Shown: positions 7,237 to 15,231 of the stretch, piece after piece
Layout of the letters: each line of letters opens with the position of its first letter
Numbering within the stretch: position 1 is the stretch's first letter
Assembly: GCA_045863855.1 (NCBI GenBank)
Contig: BTVV01000003.1
Coordinates: 1-64,000, forward strand
Direction of reading: 5' to 3'
Length of the DNA stretch: 64,000 nt
Source: Planctomycetota bacterium
GTDB lineage: Bacteria > Planctomycetota > SZUA-567 > H5-PLA8
Notes under the pieces: model-generated
Told to the model about the DNA's origin: nothing
Seen by the model: only the letters and a program-made list of their open reading frames with translations
Databases searched by the model: none
Position numbers and translations under genes: made by a program

Positions 7237-7880
7237 GGGGCGGCTCCTCGTTCCAGGCGCGCCGATGCGGCGCGCACGGGTTCGGCGCCGGCCGCGCACG
7301 CAGCGCGGTACGGCGCCGGAGGAGAAGCCACCGGCGGCGGCAGGACGCGGGCCAGCAAGCGGTAGGCGCGAGCCATCCGGCTGTTGACCGTGCCGACGGG
7401 CACGCCCAGGATCTGAGCGATCTCGTCGTACGTCCGGCCTTCCCAGAACCGCAGCACCACCACGGTCCTGTTTTCTTCCGGCAAGCCGTCGATCGTCCGG
7501 GCCAGACGCTCCAGCGGCGCGCGCGAACCGGCCGCCGCCGGAGCGATGGCCGGCTGCGCATCCGTGGGCAACCGGCCCTCGCGCTGAGACTGCAAGCGCC
7601 GCCGGCGCGCCGCGCGAATCGCGTTGCGCCGGTTGATCGCCCGCATCCAATGGCCCAGCTTTTCCGGATCGCGCAGTTCCGACAGGCTCTGAAACGCCTG
7701 GCACAGCGACTCCTGCGCCACGTCCTCGGCGTCGCTCAAGCTGCCCAGCACGGCCAGCGCCTGATTCACCAGATCGGCCCGGAAGCGTTCCACCAGTTGC
7801 CAAAAGGCGGTGGGACTGACGCCTTTCGGGTCGTGGCGGAGCTTCACCAGCTCCTGGATCATCAGGTCCGTAGTGGGCAT
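7233..7880 (-). CDS. ECF RNA polymerase sigma-70 factor
   Basis: Region 2 DAEDVAQE and region 4 LPEENRTVVVLRFWEGRTYDEIAQILGVPVGTVNSRMARA; AAGGAG RBS. Confidence 0.93.
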   Translation of the reverse strand: MPTTDLMIQELVKLRHDPKGVSPTAFWQLVERFRADLVNQALAVLGSLSDAEDVAQESLCQAFQSLSELRDPEKLGHWMRAINRRNAIRAARRRRLQSQREGRLPTDAQPAIAPAAAGSRAPLERLARTIDGLPEENRTVVVLRFWEGRTYDEIAQILGVPVGTVNSRMARAYRLLARVLPPPVASPPAPYRAACAAGAEPVRAASARLERGAAP

Positions 7881-8082
7881 CGGGCTCCTTCGTGACCTCT
7901 CCTGAAGCAGCAGGGGCCGCGAACGTTCGAATCCATCCCCAAATCCTGAAAAATTATCGCACGGGTGCTGCACCTATGGGGTGCGCGCGGTGCGCGATAC
8001 GGTGTCCCGCGTACTGTACCCCACGCCAAGGCTGGATGGCCATAAGGCGCTTGGATGGAATATGAAGGCGGCAGGCCGCGAA

Positions 8083-9747
8083 TTACGGCTTCGGCGCGGC
8101 GGATTCCAGGCGCATGTCCGGCGCGGGCGGGTAGATCGTGCGCGGATCCAGGCGGCTGAGGAGTTCCCTGACCAGCGCGTACTCCAGTTGCGCGCGCTCG
8201 AAGTCGGCGCGTTCCACCTTCTGGCTTACGTTCGGGAAGGTGACCTGCTGGTCGGGGCCGGCGTCGGGATGTTCGGGCATCAGTTTTTTAACGAAGGCAC
8301 TGGGGTCTTCGGCCTCCAGCACCTCGCCGGCCTCGCCGAGCTTGACGATCTTGCGGCGGTAGGGATTGAGCTGGCCTTGTTCGTCGCGCGTGCGCAGCGC
8401 GTTGGCGAAGTTCTGCTGGGCCAGGAGCATGCGGCGCCGGAGGCCATGGAGGACGCGCGCCAGGGATTGAATGAGTTGCTGGCGTTCCTTCTCGCCGCTG
8501 CCGACCGTCAGCGTCGTGCGGCCGGGCGAGACTTCGACTTCCGTACCCAGGAGCTTAAGGTGCGCTTCGGTCAGCGGCATATCGGCGGCGAGGGCCAGCG
8601 TCTCTTTGCGCGGACCGGGATCTACGGCCGGAACGGCGCCGCTGCCTGCGCGGACGGGCTGCGCAAGGGCCAGTTCGATCGCGTTGAGCAGGCGCAGTTC
8701 GGCCAGCGCCGTCACCAGCCGCGCGGCTTCTGCGTCGGCATCGACGGCCGGAAATTCCAGGTGCCCGGTGCGCAAGGCCGGCGCGACGCCTTCGGCTGGA
8801 GCGACTCGCGCGCCGGGCGCTTCGCCTTCGGGCGGTGCAAAGAGCGCTCCGTCGCCGCGTGCGGCATTCAGACGAATCAATGCCAGTCGTCCCAAACCGA
8901 CAGACGCTCCCGAAGCATCGATGGCGGTGACCGTGCCGTCCGCGGCCAAGGAGACCGCTTGCGCGCCGGCCGGGACGGCCGATAGGCCGGTCGCGAACGG
9001 ACCGGCGGCCAAGCGCAAGTAGCCGTCGTCGCCGACGTATGCGCTGCCGCCCCGCACGAATCCCAGGTCGCCGGCCTTCAGTCCCAGCGCGGGCTGATGC
9101 TGCTCCAGCGCCACGGGCAGGAAGTATTCCGCAAAGCCGTCGGTGGCCGGCAGCGCCAGATCCAAGGCCGCGCCGGTGTACGCCAAGCGCCCCGCGGGCC
9201 AGCGCTGCGCCGCTTGCGGATCGCCGGCGGCCTCCAGGCGGCCCGGCTGCTGCACCGATTCGAGCCGCCTGCGCGCCGCGGCGACCTGGCCGCGCGCCGC
9301 CGCGCGGCGGGCTTCGATCAAGCCGGGCCACGTGTCGCGATCGCCCAGCGCCACCGTGCGCTGATAGAGGCGTTGCACGCCTTCCTCTTTGGGGCGATCG
9401 GCGAAGCCCAAATGCTTGAGCGCTTCGAGCACTTGGCGCGTGCGCGGCGTATCCTCCAGCATCGTCACCGTGAGGACGATGTCGCCGTCGCCCAGGAGAA
9501 GCGAACTCGGCACCGCGACGGGCGCCAAGGCGTCGAGCATCGCCTGCATCCGCCACGTATCGGCTTTGAACGCATCCAGCGGCGGCGCACGGCGAACGGG
9601 CGTTGCCGGCGCGAAGCCGCCGACGGAAGTGGTCTCGGAACCGGATCCGGCTGACGCCGAGCGCGGCGTGTGGCCCTGCGGATGGCAGCCTGTGGCGAAG
9701 ACCAAGGCGGCCAGCGAGGCTCCCATCCAGATTCGAAGTTTGAGCAT
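8083..9747 (-). CDS. Putative lipoprotein with fused FlgG/FlgF-like and FlgC-like flagellar rod domains
   Basis: Signal/lipobox LAALVFATGC; FlgG-like TGAALDLAL..DG..VSLAADGTVT..LGRLAL..LRTGHLE; FlgC-like NFANALRTR..NPYRRKIV..EDPSAF..PEHPDA..VTFPNV. Confidence 0.75.
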   Translation of the reverse strand: MLKLRIWMGASLAALVFATGCHPQGHTPRSASAGSGSETTSVGGFAPATPVRRAPPLDAFKADTWRMQAMLDALAPVAVPSSLLLGDGDIVLTVTMLEDTPRTRQVLEALKHLGFADRPKEEGVQRLYQRTVALGDRDTWPGLIEARRAAARGQVAAARRRLESVQQPGRLEAAGDPQAAQRWPAGRLAYTGAALDLALPATDGFAEYFLPVALEQHQPALGLKAGDLGFVRGGSAYVGDDGYLRLAAGPFATGLSAVPAGAQAVSLAADGTVTAIDASGASVGLGRLALIRLNAARGDGALFAPPEGEAPGARVAPAEGVAPALRTGHLEFPAVDADAEAARLVTALAELRLLNAIELALAQPVRAGSGAVPAVDPGPRKETLALAADMPLTEAHLKLLGTEVEVSPGRTTLTVGSGEKERQQLIQSLARVLHGLRRRMLLAQQNFANALRTRDEQGQLNPYRRKIVKLGEAGEVLEAEDPSAFVKKLMPEHPDAGPDQQVTFPNVSQKVERADFERAQLEYALVRELLSRLDPRTIYPPAPDMRLESAAPKP

Positions 9748-10154
9748 AAGAATCACATCGGCAAAAGGCTTAAACGTAAGAGCACAAGCGCAGTACCGAG
9801 TCTTACCGCAGCCGCATTTCTTTCGCAACCGACCTGTGTAAACCCTTGGCCGAGTGTTGCTTCGTCCAACACATGAATTCGGTTTTTCGCTAAACTCGCT
9901 TGGCAAAACAGCCGACTTAGGAATATATTAAGATGCTTAGGCTAAGGTTGCACGAAATTCGAGCAACTCAGTGCTACGGTAAGTGGTTGGTTTAGGTCGA
10001 TATAAGCAGCAGAAGTACGACCGAGGATGAGAACGAGCAGTGCAGATGTGAGGCCGTGGTACGAGTCGGATGAATCGCTCACGTGCGCGGATGAACGGGC
10101 TGGAGGAGTCTCCAGGGGGCCTGTCATCGCGTGCCCATCAGGGAGGCGCTTTGG

Positions 10155-10757
10155 ATGAATTACACCCCTAAGCAGTTGCAGATCCTGCGGCTGATTTTCG
10201 ATTACCAGAACCAGCACGGCTACTCGCCGACGTATGCCGAGTTGGCCAAGGATCTGGGCGTCTCGACGATCACGGTCTTCGAGCACTTGGAGGCGCTGGA
10301 GCGAAAGGGCGCAATCCGGCGGCGCCGGCATGAAGCGCGCAGCGTGGAGATTATCGAGCCGAACTTCCTGCGCGATCAGGCCACGAAGAAGGCTCTGCCG
10401 CTGCGCGGAACCATCGCGGCGGGCAAGCCCATCGAAGCGATCGAGTCGAGCGAAGAAGTACCCATCGGCGAGGTCTTCGGCTGCGGCGGGAACATGTTCG
10501 TCCTGAAGGTTCGCGGCGACAGCATGATCGAAGATCACATCATGGACGGCGACCTGATCGTCGTCGAAGGACGCGACCAGGCGCAGGACGGCGAGATCGT
10601 CGTCGCGCTGCTGGACGACGGCACCGCGACGCTCAAGCGGCTCTTCCGCGAGAACGGCCGCTTCCGCCTGCAACCGTCCAACGCAACGATGCAACCGATC
10701 TTTGCCGAACGCGTGCGCATTCAGGGGGTCTTTAAAGGTCTGGTCCGCAAGAACTAA
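10155..10757 (+). CDS. lexA: SOS repressor LexA
   Basis: N-terminal wHTH (YSPTYAELA..HLEALERKG), Ala-Gly cleavage site (IAAGKP), catalytic Ser (GDSM) and Lys (TLKR). Confidence 0.96.
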   Translation: MNYTPKQLQILRLIFDYQNQHGYSPTYAELAKDLGVSTITVFEHLEALERKGAIRRRRHEARSVEIIEPNFLRDQATKKALPLRGTIAAGKPIEAIESSEEVPIGEVFGCGGNMFVLKVRGDSMIEDHIMDGDLIVVEGRDQAQDGEIVVALLDDGTATLKRLFRENGRFRLQPSNATMQPIFAERVRIQGVFKGLVRKN

Positions 10758-10778
10758 GTTCGTCCGCACCTGTGCAAT

Positions 10779-10805
10779 AAGGGCGGCCTTCGGGCCGCCT
10801 TTTTT
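10779..10805 (+). terminator. Rho-independent terminator
   Basis: GGGCGGCC-TTCG-GGCCGCCT hairpin followed by a T tract. Confidence 0.85.
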
Positions 10806-10885
10806 ATTCGGCGCGAATGTACTAGTACGCTTGAGCGCGGAGCGGTGTATGCCTTCCAAGAGCGCAACGCTCGGGAGGAGGATTC

Positions 10886-12562
10886 GTGACCCGCAACCGC
10901 ATCATGATGGTCCTCGTGGCGCTCTTGGCTCCGCTTGTCTCGAATCTGCGTGCGGCCGAAACCTCCAACGCCGTCCAGCCTGGCGAACTGGTTTGCGATC
11001 CGGGTTCCTTTACCTGCCTCTCGTTTCGCTGGTTCGTGAAGGGCGACGCCAATTACAACGCAACGTTGACCGCCACCTTTCGCGAAGCGGGCCAGGATAC
11101 TTGGGAAGATGCATTCCCGTTCATGCGCGTGAAGTATTCGGAGATCGCCAAGGGCGACAAAAAGATTCGCAACTGGCGCAAGGGGATGCAGAACCCCAAC
11201 CTGCTGGCCGGATCCATTTTCCACCTGCAGCCAGGGCGCGAGTACGAGGTTCGTTTGAAGCTCGGCGACCCGGACGGAGGCGCGGCCGAGAAGACCGTCA
11301 ACGTTCGCACGCGCGCGCTGCCGGCCATGCCCAGCGAGATGAAGGTGATCGAGGCCACGCCCGCCGACGCCGTGGCGAAATTGAAAGAACTCAAGGCCGG
11401 CGACCGATTGGTCCTCGCTCCGGGCACGTATCCTAAACTGGCTTTCAAGGCCCAAGGCCGCGAAGGGCTGCCCGTGATCGTCGAAGGCGCCGACCGCGAC
11501 CGGGTGATCGTCGACGGCGGCGTGGCGTTCAGCGGCCCGCACATCTGGGTCAGCAAGCTGACCGTGCGGAACGCCGAAATCGGGATCCATGCCGAGGATG
11601 CGCCGTGGGCGGTCGTCAGCCACTGCCACGCGACGGTGAAGCAGTACGGCGTCTTCGCCGAGGATTCCGATGGCACGGTGGTGACGGACAACACGGTCCG
11701 CGGCCCATGCACTTGGCCGCGTTCGAAAGGTATCGAAAGCCCCCACGGCATCGAGACACGCGGCGCGCACGTGATCGTCACGCACAACCGCGTCTCGGGA
11801 TTCGCCGACGGGATCTCCAACAACAACTACTACGAGTGCGTGAACTGGGAAGTGAGCTTCAACGAGGTTTCCGAATGCACCGACGACGGTATCGAAGTCG
11901 ATTTCTGCGCGCAGAACGCGCGCATCTTCAACAACCGCTTCACCAATACGTATCAGGCGGTGAGCGTCGCGCCGACCTTGGGCGGGCCGATATACATTCT
12001 GCGCAACGAGATCTTCAACACGTTCACCGCGTACAAGATGCAGCGCACGCCGACGGGTCTGGTGGTCTTCAACAACAGCTCATTCAGCTGGCGGCACGCG
12101 ATGTACTGCCCGTCGGCGGAGCGCTGGCACCGCGTCACTTTCAAGAACAACCTGTTCGCCGGCGCGGGGTTCAAAGCCATGGAGGTCACGCCCGGAACCG
12201 ACGCGGTCGATTTCGACTACATCGGCTGGGGCCCGCACGATCCGAAGGCTCCGTTCGCCAAGTGGAACCAGGTGAACTTCGAGAGCCTCGCGGCGATGCA
12301 AAAGGCCGGCCAGCAGCCGCACAGCATCGCCTTCGAGCCTTCGATCTGGGCCAAAGTTCCGGTCCTTTCGGTCGTCACCGACGAACGCAAGGCACAACAC
12401 TTCGAGCCTTCGGCTTACGATTATGCGTTGAACGATGGAGCGGCGGCGATCGACAAGGGCTTGAAGGTCCCCAACCTCCTGGGGCCGTATTCGGGCGAAG
12501 CGCCGGACCTGGGCGCGCGGGAGCACGGCGCGCCTGCGCCGCACTTCGGTCCGCGTCCGTAA
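10886..12562 (+). CDS. Secreted right-handed beta-helix (pectin-lyase fold) protein with an N-terminal FnIII-like domain
   Basis: Signal peptide; GSIFHLQPGREYEVRL; Asn-ladder repeats (DGISNN..N.VSECTDDGIEVD..NRFTN); C-terminal AIDKG..APDLGARE. Confidence 0.8.
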   Translation: MTRNRIMMVLVALLAPLVSNLRAAETSNAVQPGELVCDPGSFTCLSFRWFVKGDANYNATLTATFREAGQDTWEDAFPFMRVKYSEIAKGDKKIRNWRKGMQNPNLLAGSIFHLQPGREYEVRLKLGDPDGGAAEKTVNVRTRALPAMPSEMKVIEATPADAVAKLKELKAGDRLVLAPGTYPKLAFKAQGREGLPVIVEGADRDRVIVDGGVAFSGPHIWVSKLTVRNAEIGIHAEDAPWAVVSHCHATVKQYGVFAEDSDGTVVTDNTVRGPCTWPRSKGIESPHGIETRGAHVIVTHNRVSGFADGISNNNYYECVNWEVSFNEVSECTDDGIEVDFCAQNARIFNNRFTNTYQAVSVAPTLGGPIYILRNEIFNTFTAYKMQRTPTGLVVFNNSSFSWRHAMYCPSAERWHRVTFKNNLFAGAGFKAMEVTPGTDAVDFDYIGWGPHDPKAPFAKWNQVNFESLAAMQKAGQQPHSIAFEPSIWAKVPVLSVVTDERKAQHFEPSAYDYALNDGAAAIDKGLKVPNLLGPYSGEAPDLGAREHGAPAPHFGPRP

Positions 12563-12654
12563 CCCGCGGGGACGCCGCCTGCATTTCCTCCTTAGCACCC
12601 GCTCCGAATGCTCTGTATAGTGCGCGGCGAACCGCCCCACGGAGCACGCCGAAC

Positions 12655-14106
12655 ATGCCTTTCCAGAACCTTCGCGAACTGCTGCGCGCCTACGAAGCAC
12701 GCGGCGAACTCGTCCGCGTACAGGAACGCGTCAGCCCGATCCTCGAGATCACCGAATGGAGCGACCGCACCGTCAAGCGCGGCGGTCCGGCGCTTCTTTT
12801 CGAGAACGTCGAAGGCTCTTCGATGCCGGTGGCGATCAACCTATTCGGCACCTACGCGCGCACCGCGCTGGCGCTGGGCTGCACGAACTTCGACGAGATC
12901 GCCCGGGAGATCGACGCGCTGCTGCATCAGCGCCCGCCCGAAACGATCGTCGAGAAGCTCAAGATGCTCCCGCTGCTGGCGAAGCTCGCGAATTTTCCAC
13001 CCAAGAAGGTCAAGAGCGCCGCGTGCCAGGAAGTGGTGTACGAGGGCGCGAAGGTCGATCTGGGCATCCTGCCCGCATTGAAATGCTGGCCCGGTGACGG
13101 CGGTCGGTACTTCACGCTTACCAACGTCTTCACCAAGGATCCCAGCGGCTTGCCTAACTGCGGGATGTACCGAATCCAGATATTCGACCGCAACACCTGC
13201 GCCATGCACTGGCACCTGCACCACGACGGCGCGCGGCATTTCCGCGCCTGGGAGGCGCAGGGCAAGCGCATGCCCGTAGCCGTCGCCATCGGCGGCGATC
13301 CGGCGGTGATTTACGCCGCCACCGCGCCGATGCCGCCGGGCATCGACGAGATGATGCTCGCCGGGTTCCTGCGCAAGAGTCCCGTCGAGATGGCGCCGTG
13401 CGTCTCGCAGCCCGATCTGTTCGTTCCGGCCGAGTCGGAAATCGTGATCGAAGGCTATCTGGAACCGAAAGAACGCCGCCGCGAAGGGCCGTTCGGCGAT
13501 CACACCGGTTTCTATTCGCTCGCCGACGATTATCCGGTCTTCCACGTCACCGCGGTGACGCACCGGCGCGATCCGATCTATCAGACCATCGTGGTCGGGC
13601 CGCCGCCGATGGAAGATACGTTCTTGGGCAAAGCGACCGAGCGTATCTTCCTGCCGTTCCTCAAGCTTACGCTTCCCGAAATCGTCGACTACAACCTGCC
13701 CGAGTTCGGCGTCTTCCACAATTGCGCCTTCATCGCGATCGACAAATCTTACCCGCAGCATGCGCGCAAGGTGATGCACGCGATCTGGGGCCTCGGGCAG
13801 ATCATGTTCACCAAGATCATCGTGATCGTCGATAAGCACGTGAACGTGCAGAACGAGGACGAAGTCTGGTTCCACGTCGGGGCGAACTGCGATTTCAGCC
13901 GCGACCTGGAACTCGTCAAGGGGCCTACTGACGTGCTCGACCACGCCAGCCAGCATTACGGCTGGACGGGCAAGATGGGCATCGATGCGACGAAGAAATG
14001 GCCGGACGAAGGCTTTGTGCGCGAGTGGCCCGATTACCTCGTGATGGACGAAGCCGTGAAGCGCAAGGTCGCCGAACAGATGAAGCGCGCCGGACTGCCG
14101 GTGTGA
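12655..14106 (+). CDS. UbiD-family (prFMN) decarboxylase, menaquinone-biosynthesis type
   Basis: GGPALLFENV, NCGMYRIQ, EGPFGDHTGFY, DVLDHAS, GKMGIDAT motifs. Confidence 0.93.
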   Translation: MPFQNLRELLRAYEARGELVRVQERVSPILEITEWSDRTVKRGGPALLFENVEGSSMPVAINLFGTYARTALALGCTNFDEIAREIDALLHQRPPETIVEKLKMLPLLAKLANFPPKKVKSAACQEVVYEGAKVDLGILPALKCWPGDGGRYFTLTNVFTKDPSGLPNCGMYRIQIFDRNTCAMHWHLHHDGARHFRAWEAQGKRMPVAVAIGGDPAVIYAATAPMPPGIDEMMLAGFLRKSPVEMAPCVSQPDLFVPAESEIVIEGYLEPKERRREGPFGDHTGFYSLADDYPVFHVTAVTHRRDPIYQTIVVGPPPMEDTFLGKATERIFLPFLKLTLPEIVDYNLPEFGVFHNCAFIAIDKSYPQHARKVMHAIWGLGQIMFTKIIVIVDKHVNVQNEDEVWFHVGANCDFSRDLELVKGPTDVLDHASQHYGWTGKMGIDATKKWPDEGFVREWPDYLVMDEAVKRKVAEQMKRAGLPV

Positions 14107-14759
14107 CCCCCGCCACGCACAAGGCTCTCGGATGGTGGGGCTTCTTGTCGGCGCTCGGCGCCTTGGGACTTTTCGCCCTGCGCTGGTGGCAAGCGCCGCC
14201 GTTCGCACACGAAGTGGGTCTTGCGCTGGTCGTTCTGCTGCCGATGCTCGGGGTCAACCTGCGCGTGCTGCTGACGGCGTATCATAAAGTGCCGCTCGAA
14301 CGCCGCGCCCGATTTCAGTTCGCGTTGCTGGATCTGGTGGTCATCAGCCTCGGGCTGGCTTCGGCCGCCAGCCTCTGCCTGCTCTGCGCCCCCGAATATT
14401 TCTGGGCCTACGGCATGTACGTGCTTCTGCATGCCGCATGGCTCTACGCGCTCTGCGTGCTGGCGGCGGCGGCGCAAGGCGAGCGGCCATCCGCGCGGCG
14501 CTATCTCCTGGCCGCCGAGTGCCTGGCCCGCCTTGCCGGGCGGCTGGGCGCGGGCGGCCTGATCTTGTTTAACTTGCTGATTCAGGCGCTGCACGGCGGG
14601 TTGGAGTGGCACGCGTGGTGGCGGCCGTTCTGGCTGCTCCTCGATCCTTGGAGTCCCTTGGGCTGGAACGGCTGGTATCCCACCTTGGGTCGGCTGTGCC
14701 TCTACGCCATTCCTTTGGCCACGATTCTGCACATCTTTGCGTCCCGGGCGAAGTCTTGA
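14103..14759 (+). CDS. Hypothetical multi-pass membrane protein
   Basis: GTG start overlaps the ubiD stop (GTGA); about 6 hydrophobic segments. Confidence 0.7.
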   Translation: MTPATHKALGWWGFLSALGALGLFALRWWQAPPFAHEVGLALVVLLPMLGVNLRVLLTAYHKVPLERRARFQFALLDLVVISLGLASAASLCLLCAPEYFWAYGMYVLLHAAWLYALCVLAAAAQGERPSARRYLLAAECLARLAGRLGAGGLILFNLLIQALHGGLEWHAWWRPFWLLLDPWSPLGWNGWYPTLGRLCLYAIPLATILHIFASRAKS

Positions 14760-14879
14760 TTCCACGGGTTCTGGAATACCTACTCGCCGCTCGGGTATGA
14801 TGATGCACAAAGGATGCGCCGCCGTGGCGCACCCGAAATGCCCTTCACGGGGCCAATCTCCTAAATGGAGGGGTCATTC

Positions 14880-15209
14880 ATGATGACTCGTAGGCAGGTG
14901 GCGGCGGGAGTGCTCGCGTTGTGCGGGTTCCTGGCGGCCGGGCAGGTGCAGGCGGAGGAAGCCGTTCAAGCCAAGGAGGCGACGTACAACATCACCGGTA
15001 TGACGTGAGGTGGTTGCGCCAAGGCCGTGGTCACGGCCTTCAAGAAGGCGCCCGGTGTGCTCGAAGCCACCACCGATTTCAAAGCCAAGACGGCCACCGT
15101 CAAGTACGACCCCTCCAAGACGGATGTCGCCAAGCTGTCCGATGCCCTCAAAGGCACCGATTTCACGGCCACGCTAAAACCAGAAGAGGCAGCGAAGACG
15201 GGCGGCTGA
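14880..15209 (+). CDS. Secreted heavy-metal-associated (HMA; MerP/CopZ-like) selenoprotein, Sec at UGA 15006-15008
   Basis: GGAGG RBS, then MMTRRQVAAGVLALCGFLAAGQVQA-EEAVQAKEATYNITGMT[TGA]GGCAKAV..PGV..ATVKYDP; the TGA occupies the first Cys of GMxCxxC; SECIS-like hairpin downstream. Confidence 0.88.
15021..15040 (+). promoter_or_regulatory. Bacterial SECIS element
   Basis: Perfect stem AAGGCCGT-GGTC-ACGGCCTT starting 12 nt after the UGA, with G/GU in the apical loop. Confidence 0.8.
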
Positions 15210-15231
15210 CGCGTCGCTCCGCTGCGGATGT

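Noticed and set aside
7237..7803. N-terminal extension of the 802-aa ORF 5395..7803
   Set aside because: It overlaps the ECF sigma gene in another frame; the real start is the coupled ATG at 7236, which has its own RBS
8083..9747. Flagellar operon
   Set aside because: Only one fused, signal-bearing gene; no flgB, fliE, flgH/I or other flagellar genes nearby
11605..12654. 833-aa UbiD with a long N-terminal extension
   Set aside because: The extension is an off-frame read of the beta-helix gene; UbiD similarity starts at MPFQNLRE (12655)
15027..15209. 60-aa stand-alone ORF
   Set aside because: It is the portion downstream of the UGA in the selenoprotein and lacks the metal-binding motif on its own
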